NCBI GenBank assembly: GCA_964427735.1
Contig: CAYRUS010000001.1
Span: forward strand, 453,790 to 517,789
Origin: an uncultured Gammaproteobacteria bacterium
GTDB taxonomy: Bacteria > Patescibacteriota > Microgenomatia > UBA8517
Length of the DNA stretch: 64,000 nucleotides
Reading direction: 5' to 3'
In this document: piece by piece, positions 9,747 to 19,728 of the stretch
Layout: every line of letters starts with the position of its first letter
How positions within the stretch are numbered: position 1 is the first letter of the stretch
Made by a program: the position numbers and the translations under genes
Notes under the pieces: generated by a model
What the model was told of the DNA's origin: nothing
Databases searched by the model: none
Seen by the model: the letters and a program-made list of their open reading frames with translations, nothing else

Positions 9747-10372
9747 TAGGTATTGTCTAATACTACATTTCTTTTAAGTATTGTTTCTTTTCCAGATCGT
9801 GAAACCGCCTTGACAACTATCTCCTGAGCCTCCCCAAGTTTGATATCTACCTCAAATCTCCCTTCTTCATTCAAAATAACCGGTTGGTTATTAACAATTA
9901 CAGTTGTATCTGGATCTGTTTTCCCACTAACCCGAGTTTCTTTTTTCACTGCTATACCTTCTAATGGTGTATACAACTCTAATTCCGGAGGGCTAGAAAA
10001 CTCTTTGTATTGTACCAATAAATATCCACCAACCAGTAAAGCAATACTTAATGTACCTGTCAAAAATGTAAGCTTGGGGCTCCAACTAAATTTTTGTCTT
10101 ATTTCAGGTGGTTTTTTTGGATTTAAAGGAATCTCCTTTGGCGGATAATCCCTACGTAATAAAGCAGTGGCTTTTTGAGTATCAACTCCCACAGAAGAGG
10201 CAATATTCTTAACAAATCCTGATACTACTGGAAACTCTGGTAAATCATTCCAGTCTTCTTTTTCTATAGCATTAAGAAATTCTTTTTTAATTTTTGTTTT
10301 TTCCTCAACATCTTCAAGCTTTAGACCTCTGCTTTCTCTTGCGTTTTTTAGTGTTTGTCCTACAGTAACCAT
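9746..10372 (-). CDS. rodZ: RodZ-like HTH membrane protein
   Basis: VGQTLKNARESRGLKLEDVEEKTKIKKEFLNAIE HTH, TM, C-terminal beta domain; follows ftsK. Confidence 0.8.
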   Translation of the reverse strand: MVTVGQTLKNARESRGLKLEDVEEKTKIKKEFLNAIEKEDWNDLPEFPVVSGFVKNIASSVGVDTQKATALLRRDYPPKEIPLNPKKPPEIRQKFSWSPKLTFLTGTLSIALLVGGYLLVQYKEFSSPPELELYTPLEGIAVKKETRVSGKTDPDTTVIVNNQPVILNEEGRFEVDIKLGEAQEIVVKAVSRSGKETILKRNVVLDNT

Positions 10373-10373
10373 A

Positions 10374-12554
10374 TTAATTCATTTGCGATACTACTACATC
10401 ATTAGATTGTGTTTCAGAGTTGCTTGCTAAAAAACCTTCTGCATCTTGTATTAACACATCTCTAGGCTTTGATCCATCAGCCGGTCCTACTACACCGGAT
10501 GATTCCAGCTGATCAAGAATCCTCGCTGCACGAGCATATCCAACAGAAAGCCTTCTTTGTAAAAGTGATGCAGATGCTTTTCCGAATTTGACTACAATTC
10601 TAACAGCATCAGCATACAACTCATCAAGGTCTTCTTCAACCCCACCAATTTTAGTTGTTCCTGGTTTAGGCATATTTGTAACTTCCTCAGTGAATTGAGG
10701 CTCAATTCCTTGATTTTTCAGGAAATCTACTAGCGCATTTATTTCCTTGTCTGAAACAAAAGCTCCTTGGATGCGCAAAGGTTTTGCCTTGTCTGGTGAT
10801 AAATAGAGCATGTCTCCTCTACCTAATAATTTTTCTGCTCCTTGACCATCTAAAATAACTCTTGAGTCAACCTGAGATGCAACAGCAAACGATATTCTAC
10901 TTGGAATATTAGCCTTTATGAGTCCTGTAATTACGTTAACAGACGGGCGTTGAGTTGATAAAACCATGTGTATTCCTGTAGCTCTGCTCATCTGAGCCAA
11001 TCGCGTAATTGCATCTTCAACTTCTGTTGGTGCAAAAAGCATAATATCAGCAAGCTCGTCTATAAATAAAACGATATAAGGTAAAGCCTGAAATCCTGAC
11101 ATTTCATTGTATGCCTCGATATTTCTAGCTCCTACTTTTGAAAACAATTTATATCGCCTGTCCATTTCTTCCATTAGCCATCTAAGTGCTGATATTACTT
11201 TTTCCGGCTCAACAATTACAGGGGAAAGCAAGTGAGGGATATTATTATAGCCAGTCATTTCAACTCGTTTAGGGTCAACAAGAATTAGCTTGACCTCACT
11301 AGGAGATGCTCTAAACAAAAGAGTTGCCAAAAAAGTATTAATACAGACAGATTTACCAGAACCAGTCTGACCAGCGATAAGAACATGGGGCATTTTTGCC
11401 AAGTTTGCTACGATAGGTTTTCCGGATACGTCCAATCCCAAAGAAACAGCCAACTTTGAATCCACTTTTTCCATAGAATCTGATTGAATCATTTTCCTCA
11501 AGGAAACAAACTCAGGATTTATATTTGGTAGTTCTATTCCCACAAGAGATCTTCCAGGAATTGGAGCTTCGATACGAATAGTTCCTGTAGGTGCTGCGAG
11601 TGCAAGAGCAAGATCTCGATCAAGATTAGTGATTTTAGATAACTTTGTTCCCAATGCTACTTCTATCGCATATTGAGTCACTGTTGGACCAAGATTTACC
11701 TCAACAACGCGTGCTGTAATCCCGAATGACTCCAATGTTTGCTCAATAATCCCAGCGTTAGCTTTAATGTCTCCTCTATCCGCTTTCCCTACATTCTCAT
11801 TTGATAAAATATCAATAGGTGGATACTTCCATACTCTTTTATCTTCAGGCACATTACTTACAAGCTTATCTTCTAACGATTGATCCTCATCAGGTTTTGG
11901 TTTTTGTATCTGACCGTTTCTTTGAATATTTGCCACCGGAGCTTTAGGTAATTCATCATCTCCACCTTTGACTGTAAATTCCTTTTTATCCATTGCAAAT
12001 TTTTTATCAAAACTAGCATGTCTTTTAACGTCAGAGGCAAATTGTTTATCACCAAAAATGTAGCGTTTTGAACTCGCGCCAAAAGCAGTCAGCAAAATCA
12101 AAACCTGATGCAAAGAAGTGTTAAAAAGGACAATCAACCCTGCTATTGCCATAGAGATAAGAAGTATTGCCGCACCTGCACCAGTTATCAGCATCGCTAA
12201 TCCTTCCCATGCCGAATAACCTACAGTTCCTGCACGACCTAGCGTTGCAATCGAAATTGCAAAGAGTAGTATCCCAACTAATACATTTGGTTGACTAAGC
12301 GGAGTTTTAAATTTTGAAATGAGCAATCCTGATGTTAGAAAAATAAAAGGCAAAAATAAAGAAGCCCAAGAAAGATTTTGAACTAGAAGATCGTTAATTT
12401 TAACCAAAATTAATCCTTGTCTAGCAAAAGATACTATGGTTAGTCCAGTTAAAGCAAAAAATAATATTTGAGAAATTGAATGTACGGTTGCTTTTTTTAG
12501 TTTTAATTTAAAAGCACGTTTTGGTTTAGCTCTTCTCTTTTTTTTCTTAGCCAT
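10374..12554 (-). CDS. ftsK: DNA translocase FtsK/SpoIIIE
   Basis: N-terminal TMs; PHVLIAGQTGSGKS, IDELAD, TQRPS; gamma domain SASLLQRRLSVGYARAARI. Confidence 0.97.
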   Translation of the reverse strand: MAKKKKRRAKPKRAFKLKLKKATVHSISQILFFALTGLTIVSFARQGLILVKINDLLVQNLSWASLFLPFIFLTSGLLISKFKTPLSQPNVLVGILLFAISIATLGRAGTVGYSAWEGLAMLITGAGAAILLISMAIAGLIVLFNTSLHQVLILLTAFGASSKRYIFGDKQFASDVKRHASFDKKFAMDKKEFTVKGGDDELPKAPVANIQRNGQIQKPKPDEDQSLEDKLVSNVPEDKRVWKYPPIDILSNENVGKADRGDIKANAGIIEQTLESFGITARVVEVNLGPTVTQYAIEVALGTKLSKITNLDRDLALALAAPTGTIRIEAPIPGRSLVGIELPNINPEFVSLRKMIQSDSMEKVDSKLAVSLGLDVSGKPIVANLAKMPHVLIAGQTGSGKSVCINTFLATLLFRASPSEVKLILVDPKRVEMTGYNNIPHLLSPVIVEPEKVISALRWLMEEMDRRYKLFSKVGARNIEAYNEMSGFQALPYIVLFIDELADIMLFAPTEVEDAITRLAQMSRATGIHMVLSTQRPSVNVITGLIKANIPSRISFAVASQVDSRVILDGQGAEKLLGRGDMLYLSPDKAKPLRIQGAFVSDKEINALVDFLKNQGIEPQFTEEVTNMPKPGTTKIGGVEEDLDELYADAVRIVVKFGKASASLLQRRLSVGYARAARILDQLESSGVVGPADGSKPRDVLIQDAEGFLASNSETQSNDVVVSQMN

Positions 12555-12682
12555 GGCAGATGTTTAATTATTATACATACATTTGAAGCTAAATAAAATC
12601 ACCTACAAATAAGACTATGAAGATGATATTAATACTCTTAAAACATTTGGTTTAATTATCAATTTGTATTATATAAATATAT

Positions 12683-13525
12683 CTAAGCTTCCCTCTCATA
12701 GATAACATCATCATTCCAGGAATTATAATAAGCATTAAGCTTTTGTACTCCAGGAATATCAACTATCCCTATTGGCACTATCAAATGCTCTCTGTGGATT
12801 ATCGTTTCGTCATTATCCTCAGGCCATTCAACAAACAATTTAAACGGTCTATTGTTTTCAATTGCATTTTCGATATCTATCGGTTCTGTTTTATAAACTT
12901 CATGATTATATCTACCATAAAATGAAGATGCTAAATTTTTTACACTTATTTCTTTAGGGTAGAGATAAAATGTCATAGCTCTTAACTTATTTCTTTCCAC
13001 ACCTTCTCTAAATATCATATAATCCAATCTGAAATTAGCTACATCACCCAAACTACCCGATCTTTGATCTAAAGAAGGAAATGAAGTGTCGAATCTTATT
13101 TTTATACGTCTAACGTATTCTTTCGGAAACTTCATATCCCCGGCAGGAATCATAAAGTTAATATCATATTCATACAAAGATGTAAGCGGTTCTGATGAAT
13201 AATATTCACATCCTAATGTTGCACTTGCTCCTATGTAATCTATACCGTTAGGTAAGTCTTCATAACCTGGAGTAGTTTGCTCTGCAACAAGCAGAGGTTC
13301 CGGAATTTCGCTACTCTCAATACTGATATTTTCTTGAGAATTGAGAGTATATCCAGTTTTTTGCATAACATCTCGAAGCACGTAAAGAGCAAACAAGTCA
13401 TCATTTGACATGTAATGTCTTAGTTGGTTGTTTTCTGGTAAATGTTGGGCAAGAAACTCCGCCAATCTCCAAGTAGCTCTAGATACTGCTTCTTTTGATG
13501 ATATGTCTTTACCTCTTTCTGGCAT
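12683..13525 (-). CDS. Orphan hypothetical protein
   Basis: 280-aa ORF; TGCTAAAAT just upstream of the ATG. Confidence 0.7.
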   Translation of the reverse strand: MPERGKDISSKEAVSRATWRLAEFLAQHLPENNQLRHYMSNDDLFALYVLRDVMQKTGYTLNSQENISIESSEIPEPLLVAEQTTPGYEDLPNGIDYIGASATLGCEYYSSEPLTSLYEYDINFMIPAGDMKFPKEYVRRIKIRFDTSFPSLDQRSGSLGDVANFRLDYMIFREGVERNKLRAMTFYLYPKEISVKNLASSFYGRYNHEVYKTEPIDIENAIENNRPFKLFVEWPEDNDETIIHREHLIVPIGIVDIPGVQKLNAYYNSWNDDVIYEREA

Positions 13526-13649
13526 TTTAATTTTAGCAGGTTCATCTGGTATGTTTTAAATTGGAATAAAACCACGTTTACAATAATATTGTCCCATAAC
13601 TGTTCAGCATTCTCAATCTTACTTACGAAAAAAATAGAAGTACTTGTTC

Positions 13650-15299
13650 TTATACTTCAACAACAACCGGCAGTATCATTGGACGTCTTCCAGTTTCATC
13701 ATAAAAAAATCTTTCCAGATAATTAACAGTTGCAGTTTTAGCTGTTTGCCTGTCTATTCTGTCCTTTTTCTTAAGATCACCAAGCAATCCTTGTGAAGCT
13801 CTTTCTAAAATTTCTCCGTGCTTTTTTTCAAAAACAAAACCGCGGCTAACAACTTCTGGTATTGATGATATTTCTTTGTTTGAACTATCCAATTGCAATA
13901 TTGCTATAACAATTCCATCTGTTGATAAAACCTCTCTATCTCTCAAAACTACAGTTCCAACATCACCTACACCTAAGCCATCTACCAAAACAGGATGGGA
14001 TGGAACTTTTCCTGTGACACGCCCATTACCGTTTGTGTATTCGACAATTTCTCCTGGAGTCAGTTCAAATACATTGTCTTTCTTTGATCCCATTTGTTGA
14101 GCTATCTTCGCATAGGCTCTGTTATGACGAACAGTTCCACCAATTGGAATAAAATATTTAGGTTTAATAAGTCCAAACAACATCTTTATGTCCTCTTGGC
14201 TTCCATGCCCGGACACATGTAAATCTTCCTGCATATCGTAATAATGAACATCAATATTTCTTTCTATAAATCTATCCACTAGAGCATCAACATTATCTTT
14301 GGATCCTGGTGGTGCAGGATCAGAAGAAAAAATAATCACATCCCCTTCTTCAGCACTTAAATAATCATGTTCTTTTGTAGCTACTCTATAAAGCGCACTA
14401 CCTGGTTGACCATAACTCCCTGAAATAATGAAAACCACATCAGACGGTCTAAGATTAGCGGCTTTTTTTGCTTTAAGAAGCATTTTTTCAGGGTAATGCA
14501 AATATCCTAGTTCTTTTGCGATTGTAGCTTTAGATTCGATTGATCTACCTACAAAAGCAAACTTTCTTTTCATTTTTATCGCTACATTTATAGCTTGCTG
14601 AATTCTAGAAATATTGGAAGATATAGTCGTAAAAAATATTGCCCCTCTAGCTTCTTCTGCAATCTCTTCAATTCTTTGTTCTATTGAACGCTCACTTTCA
14701 GTATAACCTGGATTCGTAGACCCAATTGCATCTGAAGCCAATGCAAGAACCCCTTTAGAAGCAAGCTGGGCTGCCTTTGCAACATCAAAAGGTCTTGTAT
14801 CCACAGGTGTCCAATCAAACTTGTAATCTGCAACATGCATTACTCTACCCTCCGGAGAATCGATCGCATAACCTACGCTATCGGGAACAGAGTGAGAAAT
14901 TCTAAAAGGGGTAACAGTAAACTTCCCGACTTCAATCACATCTTTGTCAGGATCAAATACATTAAGTGGTGCCTTTTTCTTGTAGTCTGAAAATTTTTCA
15001 TCAATAAAACCAGCCACTAACTTTGTTGCATAGATTGGAGCATCTACTTCCTGAAGTAAAAATGGCAATGCACCAATATGGTCTTCATGTCCGTGGGTAA
15101 TAAAAATGGCTCTAAGTCTTTCTTTATTTTCTTTTATATAAGTAAAGTCCGGAATTACCAAATCTACCCCATACATATCCGGATCAGGAAAACCAACTCC
15201 ACAATCAATTACTATTAAATCAGTCTCATATTCATAGATATAAAAATTCTCTGTTACACCTGTTGTTCCTGAAACTGCTATAAATTTTAAACTCGCCAT
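13650..15299 (-). CDS. rnj: Ribonuclease J
   Basis: THGHEDHIGA, HSVPDS, DYKFD, HVSGHG, RRPMILPVVVEV. Confidence 0.97.
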   Translation of the reverse strand: MASLKFIAVSGTTGVTENFYIYEYETDLIVIDCGVGFPDPDMYGVDLVIPDFTYIKENKERLRAIFITHGHEDHIGALPFLLQEVDAPIYATKLVAGFIDEKFSDYKKKAPLNVFDPDKDVIEVGKFTVTPFRISHSVPDSVGYAIDSPEGRVMHVADYKFDWTPVDTRPFDVAKAAQLASKGVLALASDAIGSTNPGYTESERSIEQRIEEIAEEARGAIFFTTISSNISRIQQAINVAIKMKRKFAFVGRSIESKATIAKELGYLHYPEKMLLKAKKAANLRPSDVVFIISGSYGQPGSALYRVATKEHDYLSAEEGDVIIFSSDPAPPGSKDNVDALVDRFIERNIDVHYYDMQEDLHVSGHGSQEDIKMLFGLIKPKYFIPIGGTVRHNRAYAKIAQQMGSKKDNVFELTPGEIVEYTNGNGRVTGKVPSHPVLVDGLGVGDVGTVVLRDREVLSTDGIVIAILQLDSSNKEISSIPEVVSRGFVFEKKHGEILERASQGLLGDLKKKDRIDRQTAKTATVNYLERFFYDETGRRPMILPVVVEV

Positions 15300-15301
15300 C
15301 T

Positions 15302-15883
15302 TTATTTAATTTTGTCTAGTATTTTTCTTAGATTTTTAAAATCTTCAAATGCCCTTTCTTTAATTGACCCGTTTCGCAAAGCTGCTGCGGGGTGGTACAT
15401 GGGTACAACCCATAATTTTTCTTTATTCCATTCTACTTGTCTAGGATTTCCGTGTACAGTGCTTATTGTAACACCTGGAATAAATTTTGCCATAGAAAAT
15501 CTACCTAATGATGAAATTACTTTAGGATGAACTATCTCTATCATCTTATCTAGATATTTTTGAAATGCTTCCATTTCTTTTGGCTCTGGGTCCCGATTGT
15601 TTGGAGGTCTATAGTGAACAACATTTGTTATAAAAACTTCAGATCTTTCCAGTTCAATTGACTGAAGTAGTTCATTCAAAAGTTGTCCGGCTCTTCCTAC
15701 AAAAGGCCTTCCTTTTTGATCTTCCCAATAGCCAGGACCTTCACCTATAAACATCACATCAGCATCTGCATTACCTTCTCCGAAAACCAGATTTAAATTC
15801 CCTTCCCGGAGTGGCAAACTCTTGTCTGCTTTCATTTTTGCCTTGAGTGCTATTAGTTTCTCCCGTTTCTCTTCTTTGGTCAT
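15302..15883 (-). CDS. Uracil-DNA glycosylase, family 4-like
   Basis: GEGPG, GRPFVGRAG, RPPNNRDP, YHPAAALR; the usual Fe-S cysteines are absent. Confidence 0.93.
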   Translation of the reverse strand: MTKEEKREKLIALKAKMKADKSLPLREGNLNLVFGEGNADADVMFIGEGPGYWEDQKGRPFVGRAGQLLNELLQSIELERSEVFITNVVHYRPPNNRDPEPKEMEAFQKYLDKMIEIVHPKVISSLGRFSMAKFIPGVTISTVHGNPRQVEWNKEKLWVVPMYHPAAALRNGSIKERAFEDFKNLRKILDKIK

Positions 15884-15902
15884 TTCTTTAAGTATATCAA
15901 AC

Positions 15903-15937
15903 TAGAAGTTGGCAGTAAGAAGTTAGAAGTTAGTAAC
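15903..15937. repeat. Degenerate 7-bp tandem repeat (TAGAAGT)x5
   Basis: TAGAAGT TGGCAGT AAGAAGT TAGAAGT TAGTAAC. Confidence 0.7.
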
Positions 15938-16506
15938 TATTCTCTAACATCCTTATACTTAATTGGTAGATTTTGCTCACAAAGCGGACAGGTATCTTTT
16001 TCATAAAACTCGAATGGAGGTTTTTCTAATAAACTAATTATATCAACTCCATTTATTTTACTTTCTTGTCTATTAATCCACACAGATACACCTATCAAAT
16101 CAAGACCTGCGTTTTTTATAAAATCAATATTTGATGAAACATCAGTTCCTGTGAATATTAAATCTTCAACTAACATCACTCTGCATGGCGGACTCGGCAC
16201 GTTCATTCTATGAAATTCAATGTTCTCTTTTTTACCTAAAGTTATAGTAAACTCTTTATCTAAGTGTTTAGCAACAAAACACGAAACAATTGCTCCGTTT
16301 ACAACAGGTCCAATAACTAAATCAATATCCGAAAAACCATCTGCTATTTGTTCTGCTTGAAACTTTGTAACTAAATCAAGTAATCGCGGCTTTTTGATTA
16401 TATTGCCTTTTTCAACCCACCCATTGCCATGATATCCATTTTTAAATTCAGTATGACCTTCAAGCCAACCACCTGATTCTCTAAGTATTTCTTCAAATCT
16501 ATTCAC
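15937..16506 (-). CDS. Orotate phosphoribosyltransferase-like type I PRTase
   Basis: LEGHTEFKNGYH, PRPP loop LVEDLIFTG, C-terminal CPLC. Confidence 0.8.
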   Translation of the reverse strand: MNRFEEILRESGGWLEGHTEFKNGYHGNGWVEKGNIIKKPRLLDLVTKFQAEQIADGFSDIDLVIGPVVNGAIVSCFVAKHLDKEFTITLGKKENIEFHRMNVPSPPCRVMLVEDLIFTGTDVSSNIDFIKNAGLDLIGVSVWINRQESKINGVDIISLLEKPPFEFYEKDTCPLCEQNLPIKYKDVRE

Positions 16507-16544
16507 TGTCTAAATTATATCTTATTCTTTTCCTTATTTTATTC

Positions 16545-16722
16545 CTCACCAAATTTCTAGATTTGAATGCAGTGAGAAAATACTTTTTAAAAAGTCGCAG
16601 ATGTTTGACAAGCGCTTGCCGTGCAGAAGTTCTGCAGACATAAATTTTCGAACGAAACACAAACCTAGAAAATTTAAGTGAGTGCCCTTCTTTGCCTCAT
16701 TTCTTGGGCAAGCAAGAAATGA
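16545..16722 (+). other. Large structured intergenic element (nested inverted repeats)
   Basis: CTCACCAAATTTCTAGATTTG (16545-16565) pairs with CAAACCTAGAAAATTTAAGTGAG (16660-16682); inner GTCGCAGA/TCTGCAGAC; then TCATTTCTTG-GGCAAG-CAAGAAATGA. Confidence 0.7.
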
Positions 16723-16755
16723 ATTATTAAATTCTTAATTGTTATAATATGCCTT

Positions 16756-17823
16756 ATGCCTAAAAAGTATTTTCAAACAATCAACCAAAAAAAGTACAAA
16801 CTGCCGATTTTCTTCCCAGATGCAACTCGTGCTGTAGTTAAAACTCTAGATCTAACTGATGTTGAAAAGACAAAAACTCCTGGAGTGCTTGTTAATACTT
16901 TTCACCTATGGATTAATCCAGGAGAAACAATAGTCACAAATTTTAATGGTGTAAGAGAGTTTATGAATTGGGACAAGGCAGTAATATCAGACTCCGGTGG
17001 GTTTCAAGTAATGTCTTTAATCAAAAACAGTGGCGGGAAAGTAACAGATAAGGGTATAAAATTCCAGCCCAAAGACAAACCTCGAATGCTATTGACCCCC
17101 GAAGACTCAATAAGAATTCAATTTTCTTTAAAAACAGACTTAATGGTAGTTCTGGATGATTTTACACCACCTAATGCAACCAGAAAGCAAGCAGAAGAAA
17201 CAGTAAAAAGAACTTTAAAGTGGGCAGAAAGATGCAAGAAAGAATATGAAAAACAAAGTAAAAAAACAGGACTAAAGCCTTATTTAATAGGCGTGGCACA
17301 AGGTGGAAAATATCAAGATCTTCGAGAATACTGCACAAAAGAATTGGTTAAAATTGGTTTTGATGGAATTGGCTACGGCGGCTGGCCTATTAATGAAAAA
17401 GGGGAGTTTGACTACGAGTCGGCCCAGACTATTGCCGAAAGCGTTCCGGAGGACTATCTGCTTTATGGACTAGGGATTGGTATGCCGGAGGACATAGTGG
17501 GAATGCATAAATTAGGTTATTCAATTTTTGACTGTGTAATCCCAACAAGGGATGCTCGTCATGGGAGATTGTTTGTCTACACTGCCACTTCATTTGAGCA
17601 AATTGATGTAAACAAGAATAATTTCTATAAATTTCTATACCTGCCTAAAAAAAAGTATGAGAAGGAAAATGAACCAATTAGCAAAATCTGTGATTGTCAC
17701 ACTTGTAAAAACTACTCCTTAGGCTATCTAAACCACTTATTTAAGATTGGAGACATGACAGCAATGAGATTAGCAACAATCCACAACTTGAGGTTTTACT
17801 CTTTACTAATGGAGAAACTTTAA
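16756..17823 (+). CDS. tgt: tRNA-guanine transglycosylase (atypical base-binding pocket)
   Basis: NTFHL, DSGGFQVMSL, QGG, FDCVIPTRDARHG, Zn site CDCHTC...H, TIHNL. Confidence 0.93.
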   Translation: MPKKYFQTINQKKYKLPIFFPDATRAVVKTLDLTDVEKTKTPGVLVNTFHLWINPGETIVTNFNGVREFMNWDKAVISDSGGFQVMSLIKNSGGKVTDKGIKFQPKDKPRMLLTPEDSIRIQFSLKTDLMVVLDDFTPPNATRKQAEETVKRTLKWAERCKKEYEKQSKKTGLKPYLIGVAQGGKYQDLREYCTKELVKIGFDGIGYGGWPINEKGEFDYESAQTIAESVPEDYLLYGLGIGMPEDIVGMHKLGYSIFDCVIPTRDARHGRLFVYTATSFEQIDVNKNNFYKFLYLPKKKYEKENEPISKICDCHTCKNYSLGYLNHLFKIGDMTAMRLATIHNLRFYSLLMEKL

Positions 17824-17881
17824 AAGATTTATGAAGATCTTTTAAAAAGATAATTAAGTGTATTAGTTATTGCTATATTTC

Positions 17882-18280
17882 TTACAACATCAGCTTTTGA
17901 AATTTGTTCAGAAATGATATTTTTTGTACGACCATACCAAAATGTGTCCCAGAAAGAGTTTTACTGGCAAGCTTCATTGCTGCCCATGTCCCAAAGTAAG
18001 GTACAAGTAAGTTTGCACTCATGCTTCCTTGCCTACACTCATTTACGACACCATTTACCTTATAATATATAACGGGATAGCTAATGCCTTCATTTAAGAT
18101 ATTTGTGGTTATACCTTTTTTAAATAGCCTACTCAAAAGTTCACCAACATTATAACTTTTTTGCCAGCGTACTCGTAAGTCAACATCGTTCGTTAACAAA
18201 ATATAAACGTGGTTTTGCTGAAGTGTGAACAGACTCACTTTTGGTGTGGATAATAGTCCAATTAGCACCACATTTTTCAA
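17882..18280 (-). CDS. Hypothetical protein or gene remnant
   Basis: 132-aa ORF with TTG start; no recognisable motif. Confidence 0.35.
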   Translation of the reverse strand: MKNVVLIGLLSTPKVSLFTLQQNHVYILLTNDVDLRVRWQKSYNVGELLSRLFKKGITTNILNEGISYPVIYYKVNGVVNECRQGSMSANLLVPYFGTWAAMKLASKTLSGTHFGMVVQKISFLNKFQKLML

Positions 18281-18315
18281 GTTCTTGGAGATACTTTTTC
18301 ACCGGAAAATTAAAT

Positions 18316-19221
18316 TTATTTTTTTGTTAAATAAATTTCTGCCATCATACAACGAGCACTGCCACCACCATTATGCTCTATAGTTTGAATAGGAGCATGT
18401 ATAATCGGATCTAGTGCTTCTAATGTGGCTACTTGCTCCGGACTCAATGACTCATAAGCTTGAGAAGACATGACCAGAAAGGTTTTATCTGCCTTGTTTC
18501 TTACCTGAAGCATGTTTCCTGCAAAATGATTCATTTGGTTGAAAGTGATAGATACTAATTTTTTTCCGGAATTTTCAATGCTGTTTTTTAAATGTTCTTG
18601 CTCTTGCTTGTCATTAATACTTTCCATGCAAACTACTGTATATCGGTCAGCCACACACATCATTACGTTGGTATGGTAAATTTCTTTTCCGCTTTGATCA
18701 ACAGCGCGGAAATAAACCGGTTCGTAGTCCATATCCTCACAGAACTGAAGAAAAAGGTCTTTGTTGGTCCTAGGCGATAAGCATGCATAAGCTATTTTAC
18801 TAGATCTATCCAAAACAATGCTTCCAGTACCTTCTAAGAAAATGTTTTGATTTTCTTTGTCGGAGTAATCAATGGTATTTTTGACTTCATAGATGTTTTT
18901 AATTTCGTTTAACACCGTTGCTTTACGCTCTAACCTTCTATTTTTGGCAAACATAGGATAGAGAATAATAGTTCCACTCTTGTGTAAAGTGATCCAATTG
19001 TTTGGAAAGATGCTATCCGGAGTATGAGGGTTCGGTGTATCATTTATTACCAATACCTCAATATCATGGTTTTTTAATATAGTTACAAAATTATCAAATT
19101 CTACTAGTGCCTTCTCTTGAACTCCTTGCTGATCGCCAGCCACTTGAAACGCATTGTTTACCGCTGTTTCGGCATTATAGCCAAAATTAACCGGCCTAAT
19201 CATTAATAATGAATAGTTCAT
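18316..19221 (-). CDS. Amidinotransferase/pentein family, CtlX-like citrulline utilization hydrolase
   Basis: LMIRPVNFGYNAETAVNNAFQ, TPDSIFPNNW, LEGTGS, YHTNVMM, GGGSARCM. Confidence 0.9.
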   Translation of the reverse strand: MNYSLLMIRPVNFGYNAETAVNNAFQVAGDQQGVQEKALVEFDNFVTILKNHDIEVLVINDTPNPHTPDSIFPNNWITLHKSGTIILYPMFAKNRRLERKATVLNEIKNIYEVKNTIDYSDKENQNIFLEGTGSIVLDRSSKIAYACLSPRTNKDLFLQFCEDMDYEPVYFRAVDQSGKEIYHTNVMMCVADRYTVVCMESINDKQEQEHLKNSIENSGKKLVSITFNQMNHFAGNMLQVRNKADKTFLVMSSQAYESLSPEQVATLEALDPIIHAPIQTIEHNGGGSARCMMAEIYLTKK

Positions 19222-19326
19222 ATATTATTTAAAAAACTTGCTTATGAATATAAAATTAATCTCTTAATAAATACTTTCTTATACAGCAGAATCTGCCCCT
19301 TATTCTTGGCAATTTTGCTGACAACA

Positions 19327-19650
19327 TTAAGGTAATTGTACCACACTATAAGTTACAGCTGTACATATCTTTCTTATGTCATATGGGAATTCATCATTAC
19401 CAGAATGAATGATTCTAACATCTTTTTCTCTACAACCCAAATCCTTAGTACTGATATCAATCATCAAGTCGTCAAGACTTCCAAACATCTTGGTGGTGGT
19501 TGCATCTTTAATGTTAAATTGCATGATTTTCAATTTTTCATCTTTAGACCTTTGGACAGCTGCTCTTCTGCGTCTTAATATTCTTACTTTCTATATCTGA
19601 ATTGTGTATAAATCTGTTTCCTGTCCTTTGGACACGAATAGATTTTGGAG
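19327..19650 (-). pseudogene. Probable decayed ORF
   Basis: 68-aa ORF continues upstream in broken frames with stops; no clear start. Confidence 0.3.
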
Positions 19651-19728
19651 TATAAAAAATCATTCTTGTTGTTTATGCTTTTTTAAGCCATTTGTTGGCT
19701 AAGCTAAGTTTCACAATATTATTTTATA

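Noticed and set aside
16545-16755. preQ1 riboswitch upstream of tgt
   Set aside because: No recognisable preQ1 aptamer, and the tgt -10 box lies downstream of the structure.
18284-18298. Possible duplicate of the tgt 3' end (TGGAGATACTT versus TGGAGAAACTT)
   Set aside because: Only 10/11 nt and no stop codon; expected by chance.
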